A stretch of 53,606 nucleotides of DNA. Source: a virus (lineage: Duplodnaviria; Caudoviricetes). Shown piece after piece: positions 28,866 to 37,849 of this stretch (position 1 is the first letter of the stretch; every line of letters begins with the position of its first letter). The translations under genes were made by a program, and so were the position numbers. The stretch covers positions 1-53,606 of the IMG/VR virus record IMGVR_UViG_3300010376_000042; one strand, given 5' to 3'. The notes under the pieces were generated by a model. It had not been told where the DNA came from and made no database searches. It worked only from the letters and a program-made list of their open reading frames with translations.

Positions 28866-29590
28866 GCGGACCACCTAGTCTTGGATGGGTTTACTTCTGG
28901 TCAGACAGTCCGGCCTACAGCCTGACTTGCCTGCTAGGCGAAACATCGCCCACGCCAACACGCGGAGCGCAGGCATATGGAGGCTGGCAATACATCAAGC
29001 GCAAGCGCCGTCGTTCGCTGATGGAGTGGCTTGGCGTCGACGGGCTGAGCATGGACATCAGCATACTGATAGACAAATTCGCAGAAGGCAAGAGCGTCGA
29101 GGCGCAGATCACGCAGCTAGAGCGTATGGCCGGGCGCTCGCGGCCTGGCGTGCCTGATAAAGAGCCACCGCTGATCCACTTCGACAGCATGGGTGTGGTG
29201 CCGCATGACTATCACCGCGAGCCGCAGACTGAATGGGGCATCATCGAAATCCAGTGGGGCGACGCTGATCGCAACACGGATGGCAACCGCATCCGCCAGG
29301 CTGCGATATTGACGGTAGGCGAGTATGTGGAAGACGACAACCTAGCCGGGCTCACCAGTGCGCAGCGCAAGAAGATTGCCCAAAGCAAGCGCAGCGCCAA
29401 GAAGGGCAAGGGTGCCAAGGGTGCCAAGGAGAAGCGGTATGTCGTCAAGAATGCCAAAGAAACGATGGAGACCATAGCCGCACGTGAGCTAGGCAAGTCA
29501 TCCCGCTGGCACGAGATTGCCAAGCTCAATCCGAGCCTGCGTGATCCCACTCGCGAAATACACCCAGGCACGATCGTGACGTTGCCATGA
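28862..29590 (+). CDS. Tail tube initiator / baseplate protein with C-terminal LysM domain
   Basis: YVVK..ETMETIAARELG...WHEIAKLN.....IHPG...TLP. Confidence 0.8.
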   Translation: MSGPPSLGWVYFWSDSPAYSLTCLLGETSPTPTRGAQAYGGWQYIKRKRRRSLMEWLGVDGLSMDISILIDKFAEGKSVEAQITQLERMAGRSRPGVPDKEPPLIHFDSMGVVPHDYHREPQTEWGIIEIQWGDADRNTDGNRIRQAAILTVGEYVEDDNLAGLTSAQRKKIAQSKRSAKKGKGAKGAKEKRYVVKNAKETMETIAARELGKSSRWHEIAKLNPSLRDPTREIHPGTIVTLP

Positions 29591-31722
29591 GTAAGGCGCT
29601 CGCCCCTCCCAAGCACAAGAAGGCAGCCAAGGAGCTCAGCCGTCAGAAGGGCATCGCTGCGCCGGAGGACCTGGAGCTTGCGGCAGAGGGTATCAGCGTC
29701 GATACATTCCTGGTGGACGTAGCCAAGCTGCACCACCTCAAGGTCAACTTCGCAGAATCTATCACCGAAGGCTACGTCGAACGCAGCATCGAAGGAGCTA
29801 GCGTCATCAGCATCACGGTGCATGACGGTACACGGGAAATCCTGCGCAGCGGTATGTTCGGCACGGACAGCAATGAAAAGCTACCCGCCATTGATGTCAA
29901 GGTGGAAGGCATATGGTACAGGTTGGCTTCGTTCCAGAAGAACGAAGAGGAGCTCACGCTGGAATTCGAAGACCGCATCGTGGCCTTCCTCAAGAGCCAC
30001 ACCAAGCCCATCAGCGCTAGCCGCGCTCACACCACGCGCGCAGAGTTCATCGGGCGCATGGTGCGAGAAGTTCGCGCAACCAAAATCCGATACTTCTGCC
30101 CGGAGCTCCATCGCAAGCAGCCCATCGAAGGACAGGGCGGAGTTGAGGGTTACACGGTTGACAAGAAGACTGGCAAGCGTCGCTACAAGTCAAAGAAACG
30201 TAGCGAGCGCGAACGCAAAGCAGAACTGTCCGGTGGCCTGCTCACCAGCACCACCATCAAGGTCAAGGGTGTAGAAGCCACCAAGAGCCAGCTACAGATT
30301 CTGGAGGAAATACTAGATACTGGCAGCGAAATGAGCGCCAATCGCAAGGTGTTGATCTCCAGCATCATGTGCGTGATCCAGGAGTCGGACGTGAGCATCC
30401 TGCACGACCCGGCTACTGGCGAAGGGCCATTCAGTCAGATCCCGGCCGATGGCTGGCCTGGCGGTAGCGATGTGCCGAGCGATGCACGTGCATACTTCAA
30501 GGAGGCCATCAACAACGACAAGGCTAACCCAAGCCTGACGTTGGCGGAACTGGTGCAGAGCGTACAGAAATCCGGTGCGGGCGCTAGCCACTATGCGCCT
30601 TGGCGCCAGGAAGCTGAAGAGATACTCAAGGAGTATGGCGAAAAGGGCATCGCCGCGCAGCATGGTGGCACCTATACCAAGGAGTACGACTTCCACCGTG
30701 GACCGCCAGATGGCCCGACCAACGAGAACAGCTGGGAAGCCAGCGAACGCCTAGCCAAAGAAGTCAACTGGCGCAGGTTCGTAGTGGGCAACACGTTCTA
30801 CTTCGTGCAGGATCACGACCTGATACATCGCAAGCCTACCGCCGAGATAGACGAGGACACGGAGGGCATCGAAAGCATCAACGGCACCGTTGATGCAGGC
30901 ATCCCAGTCAACGAAGCCGTCGTGAAGTGCCGCGCTACGCGCTGGTGGGCTCCACCGGGCAGCGTCATCAAGGTCAAGAATACTGGGCCGCTCAATGGGC
31001 GCTGGCTGGTATTCAACATACATCGTGATTTGTTCAGCGAGGAAACCGAAGTCAAGCTGCATCAGCCAGAAGCGGCCAAGCCAGAAAAAGCAAGCGAAAA
31101 GGTGCAAGTGCAGAAGAGCGGCGAAGGTCAGGCGCTGATCCTGGGCAGCCACATCAGCGGTGGTACTCCGCGTGCGCGTATCGTGGAAGCTGCAAAGTGG
31201 GGGTTGGAACACAAGCCGGAATTCCGTTACCTGGAGTATCGGCCGATGGCGAAGTCGCTGTTCGAAAAGTTCGCGCTGACGCACACGGACTGCTCAGCTT
31301 TCGCGACGCTGTGCTACAAGGCTGCCAATGTCAAGGACCCCAACGGCAACGGCTACAACGGCAGCGGCAACACGGTGTCGCTGCGCGCCCACGGCAACAA
31401 AACCAACAACCCGCAGCCGGGCGACCTCGTGTTCTACCGTTCGCCGGAACACGTCGCGGTGTACATAGGCGAAGGCAAGGTGATCGAGCTAGGCGGTACG
31501 CCAGGACCGAACGAAGAGCCCATACACTACCGCAATGACTTGCTCGAATGCCGCAGCTACAACCTAGAAGAAGAAGCACAGCCGTCGCCCAAGCCCGGAC
31601 CGCGCGGTGAACCGCCCACGCCGCAAGTGCTCACTAAGAAGGGCAGGGAAGAACGTGCCAACCCGTTCCACCTACCGAACCTGGGCGAAAACGCTCTGGC
31701 ACAGGCTACAGGTGAAGGCTGA
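29587..31722 (+). CDS. Baseplate hub with inserted lysozyme-like domain and C-terminal NlpC/P60 peptidase
   Basis: Hub N- and C-terminal parts; IQES...GPFSQ..GW...VQSVQKS insert; DCSAF, PGDLVFY, HVAVYIG. Confidence 0.8.
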   Translation: MSKALAPPKHKKAAKELSRQKGIAAPEDLELAAEGISVDTFLVDVAKLHHLKVNFAESITEGYVERSIEGASVISITVHDGTREILRSGMFGTDSNEKLPAIDVKVEGIWYRLASFQKNEEELTLEFEDRIVAFLKSHTKPISASRAHTTRAEFIGRMVREVRATKIRYFCPELHRKQPIEGQGGVEGYTVDKKTGKRRYKSKKRSERERKAELSGGLLTSTTIKVKGVEATKSQLQILEEILDTGSEMSANRKVLISSIMCVIQESDVSILHDPATGEGPFSQIPADGWPGGSDVPSDARAYFKEAINNDKANPSLTLAELVQSVQKSGAGASHYAPWRQEAEEILKEYGEKGIAAQHGGTYTKEYDFHRGPPDGPTNENSWEASERLAKEVNWRRFVVGNTFYFVQDHDLIHRKPTAEIDEDTEGIESINGTVDAGIPVNEAVVKCRATRWWAPPGSVIKVKNTGPLNGRWLVFNIHRDLFSEETEVKLHQPEAAKPEKASEKVQVQKSGEGQALILGSHISGGTPRARIVEAAKWGLEHKPEFRYLEYRPMAKSLFEKFALTHTDCSAFATLCYKAANVKDPNGNGYNGSGNTVSLRAHGNKTNNPQPGDLVFYRSPEHVAVYIGEGKVIELGGTPGPNEEPIHYRNDLLECRSYNLEEEAQPSPKPGPRGEPPTPQVLTKKGREERANPFHLPNLGENALAQATGEG

Positions 31723-32012
31723 TGTTTGAGAAGGATTTCCTAGAGCAATTGGACGGCACTAGTCGGCGCTCGTTGGGGCGGACAGACAGGCCCATCGCAT
31801 GCAAAATCTTGGCCGCGCCCAAAACCTTCGGGGAAGAAATCTACGTGTTGGTAGAGGACCTGGGAGAAAACGCACGACGCGGCCCGTGCAAGTGGTGGCC
31901 GTACCCGGTAGCTGGCGGTGGCGAACCGCGTAAGCCAGAAGGCGGAGAGGACGCGATCATAGTGTTCGATAGCAATGGCATTCCCTGGATCACGATGTGG
32001 TGGCCGTTCTGA
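31722..32012 (+). CDS. Short baseplate spike/OB-fold protein
   Basis: P..GEDAIIVFD..G.PW motif; between hub and gp25-like gene. Confidence 0.55.
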   Translation: MFEKDFLEQLDGTSRRSLGRTDRPIACKILAAPKTFGEEIYVLVEDLGENARRGPCKWWPYPVAGGGEPRKPEGGEDAIIVFDSNGIPWITMWWPF

Positions 32013-32329
32013 TGAGCATCCAGAACCAACACTTCGCCTTGCCATTCAAGTTCGGCAGCAACGGACACGCTGAAGTGGTCGAGCAGGACAGCCCGGAAGA
32101 CGTGGCCAACTGTGCCGACGCCGTGCTGAGCACACCGCGCGGCTTCCGGCTAGAGATACCTGACTTCGGCATACGCAATCCAGTGCTGACGGAGAACGGA
32201 CCCAACATCAACGAACTGATGGCTGCGCTAGAAGAATGGGAGCCGCGCGCAGCGTACACGCTCACCGAGCAACAACTGGAAGACATCCTGTCAAAGTACG
32301 TCAACGTTGGCGTGGAAAGAAAGGGGTAG
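32012..32329 (+). CDS. Baseplate wedge protein, gp25/GPW family
   Basis: HFALPF, L.TPRG.R...PDFG, LEEWEPR. Confidence 0.85.
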   Translation: MSIQNQHFALPFKFGSNGHAEVVEQDSPEDVANCADAVLSTPRGFRLEIPDFGIRNPVLTENGPNINELMAALEEWEPRAAYTLTEQQLEDILSKYVNVGVERKG

Positions 32330-32332
32330 GTC

Positions 32333-33730
32333 GTGGCTGAATACGTCAACGTTCCTGAAGAAACCGATCCTGACGTACTTGCCCAGGACGCCTTCGAATA
32401 CCTGGAAAGCAAGCAGCCTAGCTGGACGCCTAGCGATGGGCAGCTTGACACCTGGATGATCACCGCGATAGCGCGCATGATCTCCGTGCTGAAGGACACG
32501 GCCAGTGACGTGCGCACGAACATCTTCCGTTGGTTCGGAGCTACGGTGTTCCTGCTACCGCCGCAGGAAGAGACCAGCGCCAGCGTCAAATCAACCTGGA
32601 AACTGACCGACACCGAAGGCCACACCATTGAAGCGGGCACGGCGGTCGGAGTGCCCAACGCTGCGGGCGAATTGATACCGTTCGAAGTCGCAGAAGACGT
32701 GGTGGTGCCTACGGGACAGAAAGAAACCGCAGCGGGTGGCGTGACGCTGCTGGCGGTCAACCCTGGCACAGAAGCGAATGGCCTGGGCAAAGCGGGCACC
32801 GTATGCAAGCTGGAAGATCAGTTCCCATGGGTTGAAGAACCCAATGGCATCACGCTGACGGAAGCCAGCAGTGGCGGCCAGGAAGAAGAGACGGACGAAG
32901 CCTATCTCAACCGCCTGGTCAGCGACATTCGGTTGATGGCGTTGGCGCCCATCACGTTCGAAAACTACGCTGTGCTGGCGCGCAACATCGCGGGCGTGTA
33001 CCGTGCTGTAGCCATCAACCTGTACCGGCCGACCAACAACGTACACACTGGCAAGGTGACCAATGGCAGCGCCGTGGTGGAAGAACTCACAGAAGCGTTC
33101 ATCAAAGAACACGTGACGGTCGGCACCGAAGTCACAGGCGAAGGTTTGCCTAGCGGTTGCAAAGTCATCAGCATGGAACCCGCAGCTGGCAAGGTTACGC
33201 TCAGTCACAACGCGGAATCAAGCCACACCGGGGCGAACTACACGTTCATCGGAATGTGGGAACAAGAAAAGTGCGTGACGGTGGCCCTGGTCAACGAACA
33301 GGGTCTAGCTGTCAGCGGTGCAGTAGAAGCTGAAGTCAAGAAATACCTAGAAGAACGACGCGAAGTCAACTACATCATCAGCGTCATCGCGCCAACCTAT
33401 ACGGAAATCGACGTAGAATTCGAATGCAAGCACTGGCCTGGTTGGGAAGCTGCCACTGTCAAGGCAGCGTGCAAGGCGGCCATTGAAGAATTCCTCAACC
33501 CTGCCAAGTGGGGTCTGCCGCCATTCGGTGACAAGCTGGCCTGGTACAGCCGCGAACTTGCCAAGGTCAATGACATCATCGCAGCGCTAGGGCAGGTACA
33601 GGGCGTCAAGGACGTCAATTTCGTCAAGATCAGGCGTCACGGCGTAGGCGCATATGAAGAAAAAGACATCACGCTGACCGGCGTGGCAGCGCTGGCCAAG
33701 CCTGGCACGATTGAAGGCACGGTGGTTTGA
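32333..33730 (+). CDS. Baseplate J/gp47-family protein with inserted domain
   Basis: A.NPGTEANG, GGQEEETDEAYLNRL, IAGVYRA, VQGV.DV. Confidence 0.88.
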   Translation: MAEYVNVPEETDPDVLAQDAFEYLESKQPSWTPSDGQLDTWMITAIARMISVLKDTASDVRTNIFRWFGATVFLLPPQEETSASVKSTWKLTDTEGHTIEAGTAVGVPNAAGELIPFEVAEDVVVPTGQKETAAGGVTLLAVNPGTEANGLGKAGTVCKLEDQFPWVEEPNGITLTEASSGGQEEETDEAYLNRLVSDIRLMALAPITFENYAVLARNIAGVYRAVAINLYRPTNNVHTGKVTNGSAVVEELTEAFIKEHVTVGTEVTGEGLPSGCKVISMEPAAGKVTLSHNAESSHTGANYTFIGMWEQEKCVTVALVNEQGLAVSGAVEAEVKKYLEERREVNYIISVIAPTYTEIDVEFECKHWPGWEAATVKAACKAAIEEFLNPAKWGLPPFGDKLAWYSRELAKVNDIIAALGQVQGVKDVNFVKIRRHGVGAYEEKDITLTGVAALAKPGTIEGTVV

Positions 33731-35010
33731 TGCCCGAACCCACAGTCACCGAACTAGGGCGCATGGTGTATGAAGCACTTGCGCCTCTGGCCAAGTCAGA
33801 CGCAGGACTGGGCTGGCCGCTGCTCACGTACAGCGACGCGCTTGTGGCGCAGGCGCAGCCAGTACGTGATCAGGCACGTGACCGTGGCGCCAAAGAACCG
33901 GGTTGGAGTATCCTATTCAATCTGCCGCAGTGCCCGTCCTACGCGCTGGACTACCTAAGCCAGTTCGCTGGCGCAGACCTTACGAAGCTCAAGCGCGGCA
34001 TCAAGGTACTGCTACGCAACGAATTCAAAAACCCTAGCTTCGAGTATGACGCGGCAGGGAGCAAAGCGCCCTTCGGATGGAAATCCGATAACTCGGCATC
34101 GCTGACGGAAGAAGTTTTCGAAGTGGATGAAGTGTGGGCCGCTAAGGGCGTCAAGTCCCTGCACATAAAGGCCAAGAAGGACAACAGCGTGACGCGCAGA
34201 CGCGTTGGCTTCAATACTGGCGTGCCCTCCTCCAATTACATCCCTGTATCGCCAGGACAGCACCTGACGTTGCAGGCGCAGCTGAACATCCTGCACGCAG
34301 CGGGCGCTGGCTTCGAGTTCTCGCTGACGTGGTTCAAGGCTGACGGCTCCACCATACTCAGCACTTCATTCGGAGAAGCAGTACTGGTGGGTGCGACCGG
34401 CCTACAAAGCATACAGCAGTCGTTCATCGCACCGGAACACGCGGCCTTCGCGGAAGTAGTGCTGGGTGGTTACTCGGAAACAGCCGAACAGGTGATTGAG
34501 TATCGCGTTGACGCGCTGATGGCTCTGGTCAGCGCCAGCGCGCCTGTTGGTACTATCGAATACGTCGACGGGGACCAAAAAGAAGGCGCATGGGTAGGCA
34601 TACCGGGACAGAGCGCTAGTGTCAAGTACACCGAACAGTCTGAAGAAGAATTCAACGAAGCCAAGCGCTTCCGGATCAAGGAACTGAAGGCAGCGCATCG
34701 TGGCATGCCGTCCGCCATCATCGCTGCTGCCAAGCAGTACCTCATCGGTGACCAGACGGTCATCATGCAGGAGCGCCCAGGCGGCAACCCCTGGCGGCTG
34801 GCCGTGATCACCTACTCAGAGGAGACGCCCAACGAACAGTTGGTGCGGGAAGCAATAGAAGAACAGATGCCAGCTGGCATCGTGCTGGAATACAAGACGG
34901 TGCCGGGTGCTGACTGGCTCGTCATTCGTACTGAATACACGACGTGGCAGCAGGTCAAGGAAGCGTTTGCGACCTGGGGCGGCGTCCGAGTCAACAAACC
35001 AGGAGAATAG
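33727..35010 (+). CDS. Baseplate wedge protein (P2 gpI-like) with inserted carbohydrate-binding-like domain
   Basis: CP..ALDYLSQFAG...HRGMPSAI...MPAGI framework interrupted by an N.FKNPSFE-initiated jelly-roll-like domain. Confidence 0.7.
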   Translation: MMPEPTVTELGRMVYEALAPLAKSDAGLGWPLLTYSDALVAQAQPVRDQARDRGAKEPGWSILFNLPQCPSYALDYLSQFAGADLTKLKRGIKVLLRNEFKNPSFEYDAAGSKAPFGWKSDNSASLTEEVFEVDEVWAAKGVKSLHIKAKKDNSVTRRRVGFNTGVPSSNYIPVSPGQHLTLQAQLNILHAAGAGFEFSLTWFKADGSTILSTSFGEAVLVGATGLQSIQQSFIAPEHAAFAEVVLGGYSETAEQVIEYRVDALMALVSASAPVGTIEYVDGDQKEGAWVGIPGQSASVKYTEQSEEEFNEAKRFRIKELKAAHRGMPSAIIAAAKQYLIGDQTVIMQERPGGNPWRLAVITYSEETPNEQLVREAIEEQMPAGIVLEYKTVPGADWLVIRTEYTTWQQVKEAFATWGGVRVNKPGE

Positions 35011-35012
35011 AA

Positions 35013-36665
35013 ATGCCCGGACCATCTGGCAAGACCCTACGGCGCGAACTGCCCTACGGCCTGCTTGGCGACACGCCGGACTTCGAAGCAGACAGCCGGG
35101 CACTCGCGGAAGCACTAGATCAGTTCGCCAAGTTCAACCAAGGCTTGCTCGCTGCGCGGCCCGCAGCCGGAGCCAGCAAGGAAGGCGACATCTACTGGGC
35201 CACCAACGACACCACCTGGGGACCCAACGGTACGTGGTGGATCCTATACGGTGGCGCATGGACCATGCTACCACTTCCTACCGTTACAGAAGCGATGCTG
35301 GCGTCCGCCCTGCTTGGGCCGTCGGCTGCCAACTTCGGCCTGCGCAAGCTAGGCACGGGCGGCACCGAAGCTATGGCCGGCAACGATACACGCATCACGG
35401 AACGCGGCAACAAGGACTTCATGCAGCCTGGTGTAGTGGAAGGCTCAGACTGGAAGTTCGCTGGCGCTATCAATGCGGGCACGGGCGAACTTAGCTCAGC
35501 AGCCGGTACTGGCGGCAAGGCGTGGATGGAAGATCCAAGCCATGCAGGTCAGTTGATCCGCTCAGTCACGGCTAGCGCCGTGTTCAAAGCGGCGCCATCG
35601 GCGCTGCCGGTATCAGGCGATTTCATCAACGTGCAGATCGAGCTCGCGCCAAGCGCTACCTGGAACGGCGAAGCCACGGTGTCTGCCCACTCCGGCGTAC
35701 AGCAGACGACGCAGGCACTGGCGGAAAGCAATCCGCCCGCTACTACTGCGGGGCGCATCGCCGTCAAGCGCATCATCATCAAGAACACCGCTGGCGTGTA
35801 CTCCATCGTCAACGAATTCGACGTGCGAGCGCTGGCCGACGGAGAACAGCGTGGTTACTACGGCGACGGCTCAACTGGCTACCTAATGCTGGATGGCACC
35901 AATGCCGCAACGGGCTTCTCACGTTCGGGCAGTGAATACACCTGCACGCAAGATATCTACGCGCTGAACATGATCGTCAAGGCAGGCGTCACCGTCAAGA
36001 CCAACGGCATGCGCATCTTCGTGCAGAATATACTCACCAACGAAGGCACGATCGACAACTCAGGCGCAGCTGGCACGGCTGGCACCAAAACGGAAGAAGG
36101 GAAAGGTGGCGCGGCAGGCGTCGCCAACGTGCTGAATGGTGGCTCGGCTGGAGGGCGCGGTGGAAAACCTATAGCCGGTGGCGAAGTGGGCGTGGCCGCA
36201 ACCAGCATCGTGTCGAACGGGTTCGGGGGCGCAGGTGGCACAGGTGGCACCAGCAACCCCGGAAAGGTTGGAGGCTCAGGCGGCAGCATGACGCATCCGC
36301 CTGGCTTGGCGCGGCGCAACTCGATTGAGGTATTCGAAGGCGAACAGAAGTGGAAGGGTGGCGCAGGCGGTGGCGGTGGCGGATCAGCCGAACTTGGTGG
36401 TGGCGGCGGTGGAGGCGGAGGCGGAGGCATCGTGCTCATCGCTGCCCGCTACATCACCAACTCCGGCACCATACGCGCCAACGGCGGCAACGGTGGCAAC
36501 GAAGGCGAAAACGGCGCAGGCGGTGGCGGTGGCGGCGGTGGTGCCGTCTACCTGATCCGTGGCGGCGAAGCGGCAGGCGGTACGGTGCAGGCCAATGGCG
36601 GCACGCACGGCAACAGTTCCGGGGCCAATGGCGAAGCCGGAATTGTAGTCAAGATAGCCGCCTAG
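35013..36665 (+). CDS. Glycine-rich tail fibre / receptor-binding protein
   Basis: Last structural gene; AGGAG RBS; YYGDGSTG, poly-Gly runs, ANGG repeats. Confidence 0.8.
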   Translation: MPGPSGKTLRRELPYGLLGDTPDFEADSRALAEALDQFAKFNQGLLAARPAAGASKEGDIYWATNDTTWGPNGTWWILYGGAWTMLPLPTVTEAMLASALLGPSAANFGLRKLGTGGTEAMAGNDTRITERGNKDFMQPGVVEGSDWKFAGAINAGTGELSSAAGTGGKAWMEDPSHAGQLIRSVTASAVFKAAPSALPVSGDFINVQIELAPSATWNGEATVSAHSGVQQTTQALAESNPPATTAGRIAVKRIIIKNTAGVYSIVNEFDVRALADGEQRGYYGDGSTGYLMLDGTNAATGFSRSGSEYTCTQDIYALNMIVKAGVTVKTNGMRIFVQNILTNEGTIDNSGAAGTAGTKTEEGKGGAAGVANVLNGGSAGGRGGKPIAGGEVGVAATSIVSNGFGGAGGTGGTSNPGKVGGSGGSMTHPPGLARRNSIEVFEGEQKWKGGAGGGGGGSAELGGGGGGGGGGGIVLIAARYITNSGTIRANGGNGGNEGENGAGGGGGGGGAVYLIRGGEAAGGTVQANGGTHGNSSGANGEAGIVVKIAA

Positions 36666-36695
36666 CAGCACTCGAAAACTTTTTCGCTGGACCCC

Positions 36696-36723
36696 TTTAC
36701 TTCTTATGGAAGTACGCTATAAT
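36696..36723 (+). promoter_or_regulatory. Sigma70/SigA-type promoter P1
   Basis: TTTACT-16 nt-TATAAT with AAGTACGC before the -10 box, as in P3 and P5. Confidence 0.75.
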
Positions 36724-36730
36724 TCGTCCT

Positions 36731-36856
36731 ATGAGCAAGCCGATCACAGTACCGGGAGGGTCGATCCTCCGGGTGGGAAGGGGCAAATGGCTGAGCCAGC
36801 GGTGGGGAAGTGCTGCCGAGGCTAGCCACAAGACCCGCGAGCAGGCTGTAGCTCAT
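36731..36856 (+). ncRNA. Candidate structured 5' leader / small RNA
   Basis: Begins at the predicted TSS; closing helix ATGAGC/GCTCAT plus AGCC/GGCT; two internal hairpins. Confidence 0.45.
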
Positions 36857-36889
36857 CTGGCAACAAAATCATCTAACCGGGAGACTACC

Positions 36890-37381
36890 ATGAAGGTCAA
36901 AACCGCAGCGAAGAAGGGGTCCGCCACGAAGGCCAAGGCCACCAAGGCGACCGCCAAGCCTCAGAAGCGCGAGGCGCAGCGGGCCGACACCACGAAGCAG
37001 CAGGCCGAAGTTGCCAAGCTGCTCGCCAAGGGCCAGAGCATCGGCGACATCGCCGAGGCGCTGAGCATCACCGCAGGCAAGGCCGCGTTCCTCAACATGC
37101 TGAACGTCGTCGAGGACACGCCTCGCCTCCAGATCAAGGGTCGCACCGACGAGGAGAAGATCCCCAAGGTGGTCGCTGCCCGCGCGAAGCAGGACGAGCA
37201 CTCCAGCTGGGGCTGGCTGTCGGCTCGCTCCGGCATCAGCGAGGCGCGGCTGAAGGCACTGGTCGAAGAGTCCGGCGAGAAGGTCAAGGGCACGCACATC
37301 GCCAAGGAGCGCGCAGGTACGGCGACCAAGGCGAAGCCGAAGGCCAAGGCGAAGACCAGCAAGGCAAACCCTTCGAAATAG
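36890..37381 (+). CDS. Early DNA-binding protein: HTH core flanked by Lys/Ala-rich histone-H1-like tails
   Basis: GGGAG RBS; GQSIGDIAEALSIT and SWGWLSARSGISEARLK helix-turn-helix-like segments; KAK repeats at both ends. Confidence 0.75.
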   Translation: MKVKTAAKKGSATKAKATKATAKPQKREAQRADTTKQQAEVAKLLAKGQSIGDIAEALSITAGKAAFLNMLNVVEDTPRLQIKGRTDEEKIPKVVAARAKQDEHSSWGWLSARSGISEARLKALVEESGEKVKGTHIAKERAGTATKAKPKAKAKTSKANPSK

Positions 37382-37638
37382 GGCTATCTGATGACCAGAT
37401 CGCCGCACGGATCGAGGGGCGCAGGCTCCACAGGATGTTCCGGGAACGTGGTACCAAGTCCATCTTCGAGGATGAGATCAAGTGCACACGCTTCCGGCGT
37501 ATCCTGGAGCCTGATGACACCGACAATCCGGCACGCGGCGCCAACCCTCGCAACAGGTCTGAGCGTCTGATCCAGATCTGGGACGAAAACGGCAGGCTAC
37601 GAACGCTCGCCGTGAAAGACATCGTTGACGTATCCTAG
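37369..37638 (+). CDS. WYL/SH3-like domain ORF, possibly entered by -1 frameshift from the upstream gene (first ATG 37435)
   Basis: Frame open across A AAC CCT; LSDDQIAARIEGRRL...LIQIWDENGRLRTLAVKDIVDV. Confidence 0.5.
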   Translation, partial: PFEIGLSDDQIAARIEGRRLHRMFRERGTKSIFEDEIKCTRFRRILEPDDTDNPARGANPRNRSERLIQIWDENGRLRTLAVKDIVDVS

Positions 37639-37672
37639 AATATGAATCTGAATATGAAAGCTGAGGTCAGCA

Positions 37673-37849
37673 ATGAGGTTCCGCAGGTTCACATTTAGCC
37701 TGCTCTCGCCACTCATCGGGTTCCACTACGGCAGGAACCCGGTGAGTGACGCGAGATTCCTGCACGTAGCGCCAGTGCCCTTCTTCGGGATCGATTTCTA
37801 CTGGCCCGAGGACCAACTCAAATACGCCAAGGAGCTTGGCCATGACTGA
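37673..37849 (+). CDS. Hypothetical protein (58 aa, not in track)
   Basis: GAGG RBS; MRFRRFTFSLLSPLIGFHYG...; overlaps next start. Confidence 0.5.
   Translation: MRFRRFTFSLLSPLIGFHYGRNPVSDARFLHVAPVPFFGIDFYWPEDQLKYAKELGHD

Noticed and set aside
35013-36665. Diversity-generating retroelement or invertible tail-fibre cassette
   Set aside because: No reverse transcriptase, invertase or duplicated template/variable repeat was seen
36350-36730. Arg/Trp-rich N-terminus of track ORF 36350..37381
   Set aside because: Off-frame reading of the fibre's Gly codons that also crosses promoter P1; the real start is 36731 or 36890
36740-36840. Cobalamin riboswitch (TGGGAAGG and AGCCACAAGACC resemble B12-box pieces; genome has an NrdJ-related domain)
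   Set aside because: The conserved 5' half of the aptamer is absent and there is no room for it after the promoter; kept only as a generic structured leader pending an Rfam search
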